A DNA stretch of 64,000 nucleotides. Source: Pelagibacteraceae bacterium AG-337-G06 (GTDB taxonomy: Bacteria > Pseudomonadota > Alphaproteobacteria > Pelagibacterales > AG-422-B15). A program made the position numbers and the translations under genes. The notes under the pieces were generated by a model that saw nothing but the letters and a program-made list of their open reading frames with translations, had not been told where the DNA came from and made no database searches. Location: the NCBI GenBank assembly GCA_003282175.1, contig QBZX01000002.1, positions 138,598 to 202,597 of the forward strand, read 5' to 3'. Shown piece by piece: positions 57,859-64,000 of this stretch. Within the stretch, counting starts at the first letter, position 1. Each line of letters opens with the position of its first letter.

Positions 57859-58558
57859 ATTCTGGTGTGTAGATGTTCTTCGGATTGCTTCCGTTTATTA
57901 TGTAATAGCCGTTGTTATTGCAATGCTGCTCTACCCTGGAGGAAACCATATAGAGCTTGATCAAGTTGGCTATTCTCTTCATAAAAACTTCTTAAGCGAA
58001 CTTGGTTTTCATAAAACAATGTCTGGAGATCTTAATTTCTTTTCATCTTTTTTTTGGAATACAGCCATGTATATGCTTTTACTTCAGGGTGTAGCATTTT
58101 TATTTATTCCAAAGCTATTTAGAGACAATAAAGCTTCATTTATTTTTGCTTGTTTAGGAACATTATTTATGTTCCCTGCATGTATATTTTTTGTTGGGGT
58201 TGCCTTAACTCCAGGAGATATTTATTTTGATGCACATATATTCACAACGACTGCAGCATTTAATCTTTATACCGTAGCAATCTTTTTTTATATTTTTGCT
58301 TTCATATTTAGCCCACTGTCTAATTTTTATGCATCAGGTGGGATTTTACTGTTTGTTGCAGTAGGCATTTATTCTTATTATCTTGGTGATTTTCAACCTA
58401 TAGATGCATTAAATGATCGCGTTCGATTTCTTGAAGTTTATACAATGGATTTTTTAATATTTAATGTAGTACTTCAGAAAGTTATGATAACTCTAATGAT
58501 TACAACAATAATTATATTTACTTTTGGACTCAACAAACTCATCAAGGACGGTCAATAA
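57851..58558 (+). CDS. DUF998-like membrane protein, paralog 2
   Basis: YPGGN..GYSLHKNFLSELG, GVALTPGD.Y.DAH, QK. Confidence 0.75.
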   Translation: MTKFWCVDVLRIASVYYVIAVVIAMLLYPGGNHIELDQVGYSLHKNFLSELGFHKTMSGDLNFFSSFFWNTAMYMLLLQGVAFLFIPKLFRDNKASFIFACLGTLFMFPACIFFVGVALTPGDIYFDAHIFTTTAAFNLYTVAIFFYIFAFIFSPLSNFYASGGILLFVAVGIYSYYLGDFQPIDALNDRVRFLEVYTMDFLIFNVVLQKVMITLMITTIIIFTFGLNKLIKDGQ

Positions 58559-59236
58559 ATGACAAAATTTTGGACAGTTTATGTTATTCGCTTCGTATCA
58601 ATTTTTTTTGTTACATCAGTAATAATTGCTTCTTTCTTTTTTCCTGGTGGCAATATTCATAATCCTAATCAAGTTGGGTACTCATTTAGTCATAATTTTT
58701 TAAGTGAATTAGGCGGGTATATTACATTTGCGGGAGACATTAATAGCATTTCATCTTTTTTCTTTAACACAGCTCTTTTTTGCTTCTTGTTGGTAGGTAT
58801 ATCAAGTTTTTTTATTCCATCTTTGTTTAGAGAAAATAAAACGTCATATGTATGTGCATACATCGCGGCTGTATTATTTTTTATAGGAATGGTTTTCTTC
58901 GCTGGTGTAGCGCTTACACCACACGATCTATACAGAGAAGCACACGCATTTTTTGCTATTAATGCATTTAGATGGCTCATCCCAGCATCAGCTTTCTTTG
59001 TTATTGCCTTTTTCTTAAGTGATGCAGATAATAAATATACTATAGTTAATATTATCTTTCTTATTTCCACAGCAATATACGTGATTTATCAATTAAATGC
59101 TGGCAGTCCAAGACTTAATGAAGAACTTTTGGTTCAAAATGTATTAATGCAAAAAGCTATTGCGAGCATACATGTTATAAGCATCTTTTCGTTAACATTT
59201 TGCTTTAATGATCAGATCAAAAGAAAAAATTTATAG
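58559..59236 (+). CDS. DUF998-like membrane protein, paralog 3
   Basis: FPGGN..GYSFSHNFLSELG, GVALTPHD.Y.EAH, QK. Confidence 0.75.
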   Translation: MTKFWTVYVIRFVSIFFVTSVIIASFFFPGGNIHNPNQVGYSFSHNFLSELGGYITFAGDINSISSFFFNTALFCFLLVGISSFFIPSLFRENKTSYVCAYIAAVLFFIGMVFFAGVALTPHDLYREAHAFFAINAFRWLIPASAFFVIAFFLSDADNKYTIVNIIFLISTAIYVIYQLNAGSPRLNEELLVQNVLMQKAIASIHVISIFSLTFCFNDQIKRKNL

Positions 59237-60733
59237 ATTTGGTATTCTCTGTATCCATGGCGCCGCTTCTTCAAGTTGAGCTGCTAATGATATAAGGGTA
59301 TGCTCATCAGCATATCTTGAAGCAAATTGAACTCCTAAGGGAATATTATCTTCTGACCAATAGGTTGGAATAGAAATTGATGGTTGGCCGGTGATATTTT
59401 GAAGAAGTGCATCCGGTGCATACCAAAGACTTTGAGGCGCAAGGCCATTCAAAATAGCATCGCGCATTGGTTTAATTCTGAACACAAAACCGAGTTTTAA
59501 CTTCATTATAATTTCACTAATTATTTTTGATTGTTTGTCAGGTCTAATTTTTCCAATTTCAGGTGGATGCTGTGAAATAATAGGGGTTAAAACAACATCA
59601 TATTTATCAGTCGCTTGCATTACTGAACGAGCAATCGATTGCATCGTATATCGGGCCCAAGTATAATCACTTGCTCTAAAACTTTTACCTAAATAATCAA
59701 ATAATCTTGTAGCGGTTTCCACTTCATGTGATTTATATTTTCTACCTACAACATCTTTTAACTCATTGAACATTTGACTTACATGAGATGTTATAATTAC
59801 TGTAAATGCCCTTGAAGCTAAACGGCCATCATAAGTAAAATTCATTTCTTCAACATTATGTCCTAAATCTTCACAGAGTTTTGCATTATATTTTATGGCC
59901 TCTACAGCATCTTTTGATGGGTCTATACCTACTGGACTTTTTAGATTGAATCCAATTTTTAATTTTTTCCTATCATCCAAAGATTTAATTAATGATCCCT
60001 TTTCATAATGAACTGAGTAGGGGTCTCCCACACTGTTTTCAAAAATTGCATCGTACATGTGAGCAGTATCACGTACTGTTCTTGATACAATGCCTGAATG
60101 AGTTAATCCTCCCCATTTGTCACCATGTGAAGGTCCAAATGAAGTTCGTGCTCTATTTGGCTTTAATCCAATTAATCCACATGATGCTGCAGGAATTCTA
60201 ATTGATCCTCCTCCGTCACTCGCGTGTGCAAAAGGAACCATTCTTGCTGCTACACCTGAAGCCGCTCCACCAGAGGAACCTCCAGTAGTTAAATTTGGGT
60301 TCCAAGGGTTTCTTGTTGGTCCAAATTCAAGTGGCTCTGTTGTTATCATTAATCCATACTCTGGCGTTGCTGATTTGCCGCAAATTAATGCCCCAGTGTT
60401 TCGAAACTGTCGGGTTAATTCATTATCATAGTTCATTTTGGTATTTTTTAGGTATTTGCTTCCTTGCATCATGTTGTAATTAGCAAGTGAACTGTCCATA
60501 TCTTTTAACAGCATTGGAACACCTGCAAATTGTCCTTTGAGTTCACTATTCCTATTTATAGATTCAAATGCATAGTGATACATGGTCCTGTGAACAGCAT
60601 TGAGCTTTGGATTTAATCTTTCAATGAGGTCAATTGCTGAGTCTAAGGGATCGATAGGAGAAATCTCTTTTTTCTTTATTAACTCACTTAATCCAACACC
60701 ATCATAATTCGTATACTCTGCAAATATAGCCAT
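59231..60733 (-). CDS. Amidase signature-family enzyme
   Basis: PMLLKD, GGSSGG, SDGGGSIRIPA (Ser-cisSer-Lys triad). Confidence 0.93.
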   Translation of the reverse strand: MAIFAEYTNYDGVGLSELIKKKEISPIDPLDSAIDLIERLNPKLNAVHRTMYHYAFESINRNSELKGQFAGVPMLLKDMDSSLANYNMMQGSKYLKNTKMNYDNELTRQFRNTGALICGKSATPEYGLMITTEPLEFGPTRNPWNPNLTTGGSSGGAASGVAARMVPFAHASDGGGSIRIPAASCGLIGLKPNRARTSFGPSHGDKWGGLTHSGIVSRTVRDTAHMYDAIFENSVGDPYSVHYEKGSLIKSLDDRKKLKIGFNLKSPVGIDPSKDAVEAIKYNAKLCEDLGHNVEEMNFTYDGRLASRAFTVIITSHVSQMFNELKDVVGRKYKSHEVETATRLFDYLGKSFRASDYTWARYTMQSIARSVMQATDKYDVVLTPIISQHPPEIGKIRPDKQSKIISEIIMKLKLGFVFRIKPMRDAILNGLAPQSLWYAPDALLQNITGQPSISIPTYWSEDNIPLGVQFASRYADEHTLISLAAQLEEAAPWIQRIPNL

Positions 60734-60788
60734 TATTAATTACCCTAATTAAAAAACTGTGATATTCTACTATTCCAAGAATAAGCTT

Positions 60789-61427
60789 ATGTCAGAATTA
60801 GATAAGAAAAAAGGAAATAGCTTCATAAATTTTATAAAAAGGTATTTCTTTACCGGATTATTAATCTCAGCGCCAATTGGTGCTACAATATACATAACTA
60901 TATTTATAGTTGAATTTATTGCAGGATTAGTACCTCAAAGATTTAATCCCAATGGGCTGCTTCCAGAAATAATTGGGTATGAAATACCTGGATTAGAACT
61001 AATTATTGCTTTTTTATCTTTTATTTTAATTGGACTGATTTTTTCAACCTTATTTGGAAAAGCAATACTTGGTTACTTTGATAACCTTATTACCAGAATA
61101 CCATTTGCAGGAAATGTTTACAAAGCGATCAAGCAAATCACTGAAACATTTTCTAATGCAGATGCAGCTTATCAAAAAGTTGTTTTAATTGAGTATCCAA
61201 GGAAAGACATCTATGCGATAGGCTTCATGACTGGTGAAACTAAGGGTGAAATAAAAGATCGTAAAAAGATCGATATGGTCAATGTATTCGTTCCGACAAC
61301 ACCAAATCCAACATCAGGTTTTTTACTCTTTATACCCAAGGAAGATGCTGTAGAACTTGATATGTCTGTTGAGGATGCGATAAAATTAGTTGTTTCTGCG
61401 GGTATGGTTGTACCTCCAACAAAATAA
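60789..61427 (+). CDS. DUF502 membrane protein
   Basis: RYFFTGLL, RIPF...VY.AIKQI, FVPTTPNPTSGF, S.GMV. Confidence 0.92.
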   Translation: MSELDKKKGNSFINFIKRYFFTGLLISAPIGATIYITIFIVEFIAGLVPQRFNPNGLLPEIIGYEIPGLELIIAFLSFILIGLIFSTLFGKAILGYFDNLITRIPFAGNVYKAIKQITETFSNADAAYQKVVLIEYPRKDIYAIGFMTGETKGEIKDRKKIDMVNVFVPTTPNPTSGFLLFIPKEDAVELDMSVEDAIKLVVSAGMVVPPTK

Positions 61428-63485
61428 TTATCCTGTTTTAAGATAATCAATTGCTACATCATTTCTAAATAAATGAAGCAGTACTCTTTGTGCTTTTCCA
61501 AGAGGTGTTTTTAATTCAGGATCATCTTTAATGGTCTTGATTGCTGTTTCCCTGGCTTCTTCTAAGAGGTGTTTATGTTTATCAAGGTTTGACAGTTTAA
61601 AATTTGGCACACCGCTTTGCTTGGACCCAAGAATTTCTCCTGCACCTCTAATATCCAGGTCTTCCTCAGCAATTTTGAATCCATCGTTGGTTTCTTTCAT
61701 AATTTTTATTCTTCGTTTAGCATTTTCAGTAAGAGGGCCGTTAAACAATAAAATGCAGGTTGAGGTTTTCTCACCTCTTCCGACTCTTCCTCGTAATTGA
61801 TGAAGCTGTGAAAGACCAAACCTTTCTGCATTTTCAATTATAATTACAGTAGCATCAGGGTCGTCTATGCCGACTTCTATTACTGAAGTAGCTACTAATA
61901 TATTAACTTTTCCAGATTTGAATTTTTGCATAACTAAATTCTTATCTTCTTGATGCATTTGTCCGTGCACAATTTCGACTGAATAATCGCTATAATAATT
62001 TCTGAGATCTTTTAGTCTTTCATTTACAGATTGTAATTGAAGTTTTTCAGACTCATCGACTAAAGGGCAAACCCAATAGATTTTTTCACCTTTATTAATT
62101 ATTTTATTAAGACTATTCTTCAGGTCTTCGACTTTATTTATATTTATTGATTTAGTATTAATTTCTTTCCTATTTTTTGGTTTTTCCATAATTTTAGAAA
62201 TATCAGTGTCTCCATAAGCAGCAAGCTCTAAAGTTCTTGGAATAGGAGTTGCTGTCATGAGCAATACATCACATTCGTTTCCTGCTTTTTCATTCAGTAA
62301 GATTCTTTGGTGAACACCAAATTTGTGCTGCTCATCTATCACAACTAAGCCAATATTAACAAACGATACTTTCTCTTGAAATAGAGCATGAGTACCAATC
62401 AAAATATCTGCGTCAAAATTATGACTATCTTTTGTTGAAGACGTTATCAATGAACATGTTAAATCCATTGTGTTAACGATCTTTACTATTGTATTAAAAT
62501 GTTGCTCAGCAAGTATCTCTGTTGGCGCCATGAGTATAGATCTTTTGTTATTTTCTAAACATTGCATCATGGCAAACAAAGCCACAATTGTTTTGCCGCT
62601 CCCAACATCTCCCTGTAACAGTCTAAGCATTTTGTTCGGCTTTGACTGATCGTTTGAAATCTCTTCTATAGTTTTTAATTGATCACTGGTGAGACTGAAA
62701 TCAAGATTTTCTTCCAGTTTTTTTATAAATTTATTATTTCTTCTTATAGCTATGCCCTGAGTATGGCTTATTTTGTTTTTTATAAGACGTATCGTTAGTT
62801 GATGAGCTAATAGCTCATCAAAAACTAATCTTTCAAGGAAAAGGGAATTAACCGAATCTGATGTATTGACAGGGTTGTGTATTTTTTTAATGGCTTCATT
62901 CCAATTCGGCCAATTATTTATTTTAATTTTATCGTCCGGTATCCATTCTGGAAGAGGATCAAGATTAATTAATGCCGAATTTATAGATTTTTGTATAGTT
63001 TTTGATGTCAATCCAGCAGTAAGTGGATAAATACACTCAATTTTTTTGACACTATCTAAATTTTCTAAGTCTACTACATGTTGGGGATGTGTTATTTGGA
63101 AGTTTTCGTTAAATTTCTCAAATTTACCACTAATTACTTTCTGCCTACCTACCGGAAATATTTTTTTTAGATAGGGGCCTCGCAAGTTAAAATATACGAT
63201 TGAAATAGCTCCAGTATCGTCCGTGCAATTAATGCGATAGGGCATCCTTTTATTGAATGAAGGTGAATGACTATCTATCGTGACTATGATTGTTGCAATT
63301 TTACCTTCTTCAAGATCAATTATTTTCGGACTGTTTCTTCTATCAATGTATGTAGATGGCTTATGAAATAAGAGATCTATAACATATTTGCCACATAACC
63401 TTTCGATAACCTTAGCATTTTTTGGTCCAATACCTTTAAGTGATATTATATTTGAAAAAAGCTTGTATAAGATTTTAGGCCTCAT
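61428..63485 (-). CDS. recG: ATP-dependent DNA helicase RecG
   Basis: GDVGSGKT, DEQHKFGV, MTATPIPRT, AERFGLSQLHQLRGRVGR, D..IRG.GE. Confidence 0.97.
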   Translation of the reverse strand: MRPKILYKLFSNIISLKGIGPKNAKVIERLCGKYVIDLLFHKPSTYIDRRNSPKIIDLEEGKIATIIVTIDSHSPSFNKRMPYRINCTDDTGAISIVYFNLRGPYLKKIFPVGRQKVISGKFEKFNENFQITHPQHVVDLENLDSVKKIECIYPLTAGLTSKTIQKSINSALINLDPLPEWIPDDKIKINNWPNWNEAIKKIHNPVNTSDSVNSLFLERLVFDELLAHQLTIRLIKNKISHTQGIAIRRNNKFIKKLEENLDFSLTSDQLKTIEEISNDQSKPNKMLRLLQGDVGSGKTIVALFAMMQCLENNKRSILMAPTEILAEQHFNTIVKIVNTMDLTCSLITSSTKDSHNFDADILIGTHALFQEKVSFVNIGLVVIDEQHKFGVHQRILLNEKAGNECDVLLMTATPIPRTLELAAYGDTDISKIMEKPKNRKEINTKSININKVEDLKNSLNKIINKGEKIYWVCPLVDESEKLQLQSVNERLKDLRNYYSDYSVEIVHGQMHQEDKNLVMQKFKSGKVNILVATSVIEVGIDDPDATVIIIENAERFGLSQLHQLRGRVGRGEKTSTCILLFNGPLTENAKRRIKIMKETNDGFKIAEEDLDIRGAGEILGSKQSGVPNFKLSNLDKHKHLLEEARETAIKTIKDDPELKTPLGKAQRVLLHLFRNDVAIDYLKTG

Positions 63486-63515
63486 ATATCTAATGTATCA
63501 AATAAATTAAAAAAT

Positions 63516-63773
63516 ATGGAAGATTTATCAACATTTCAAAAAAAACTATTGTACAAGTCTACTCATCGTGGATCCAAGGAAATGGATCTTATTTTGGGAA
63601 AATTTGCACATAAGTACCTATCTTTATTTAATGAAGATGAGCTTGCAATGCTTGAAGTAATACTTGAAATGGATGATAACGATATTTATCAATATGCATT
63701 AAATAAAAAAGAAATTCCAGAGTCTTTAAATAATAGAGTATTCACTCTTCTTAAGGATTATACTTTACTGTAA
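63516..63773 (+). CDS. sdhE: Succinate dehydrogenase assembly factor (SdhE/SDHAF2)
   Basis: HRGSKEMDLILG (RGxxE motif); recG-sdhE-mfd synteny. Confidence 0.9.
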   Translation: MEDLSTFQKKLLYKSTHRGSKEMDLILGKFAHKYLSLFNEDELAMLEVILEMDDNDIYQYALNKKEIPESLNNRVFTLLKDYTLL

Positions 63774-64000
63774 TGCCGTCTGAAGCACTAGTTGTACCAT
63801 CTAAACTGTCAAACTTAAATATTAATTTAGATAATAAATTCGATTACGAATTTACACTCAATTATTTATCAACCAATGGATATGTCAGGGTAAGTTCAAT
63901 ACGTGAACCTGGCGAATTTTCTGTTAAAGGAGATGTTATTGATATCTTTCCATCAGAATTTTCAAAACCAATAAGAATAAATTTATTTGGAAACGATATA
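63773..64000 (+). CDS. mfd: Transcription-repair coupling factor, 5' part (runs off the window)
   Basis: MPSEALVVP...NGYVRVSSIREPGEFSVKGDVIDIFP..KPIRINLFGNDI is the UvrB-homology segment; TAATG coupling to sdhE. Confidence 0.8.
   Translation, partial: MPSEALVVPSKLSNLNINLDNKFDYEFTLNYLSTNGYVRVSSIREPGEFSVKGDVIDIFPSEFSKPIRINLFGNDI

Noticed and set aside
373-61800. Many 60-140 aa antisense or off-frame ORFs in the track (e.g. 373-573, 4850-5191, 6005-6376, 9417-9782, 20438-20818, 24180-24581, 47862-48287, 58690-59070)
   Set aside because: They lie wholly within well-supported genes and show no motifs or RBS.

Overview
This window is AT-rich (roughly 30-35% GC by eye) and densely coded. It most likely comes from a streamlined marine alphaproteobacterium, inferred from DUF502-recG-sdhE-mfd synteny, DUF1192 and the cysE-iscR-suf order. 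Left end (1-7 kb): an IscR-box-controlled cysE-iscR-sufBCDSU-msrB-sufT operon, then tRNA-Lys(UUU). Middle (7-43 kb): an accessory-looking region. It holds small Met-rich barrel-fold proteins interleaved with msrA, lipid/isoprenoid genes (AtuA, AtuE-like, AtuG-like, acyl-CoA ligase, cfa, desaturase), a Liv-type ABC transporter split into two convergent halves, and a 3.3-kb ORFan block bounded by a 15-bp direct repeat. At 43.6-50.2 kb there is a zinc-uptake cluster (zrg-like operon, zur, znuABC, two Zur boxes, His-rich repeats). The right part carries membrane/lipid genes with tandem paralogs, a hidden ~150-nt minus-strand transcription unit (14-nt Shine-Dalgarno, 32-aa Cys-containing ORF, own terminator), and core genes recG, sdhE and an N-terminally short mfd. 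I saw no CRISPR array, rRNA, integrase or transposase. Family calls come from motif recognition by eye, not database searches.
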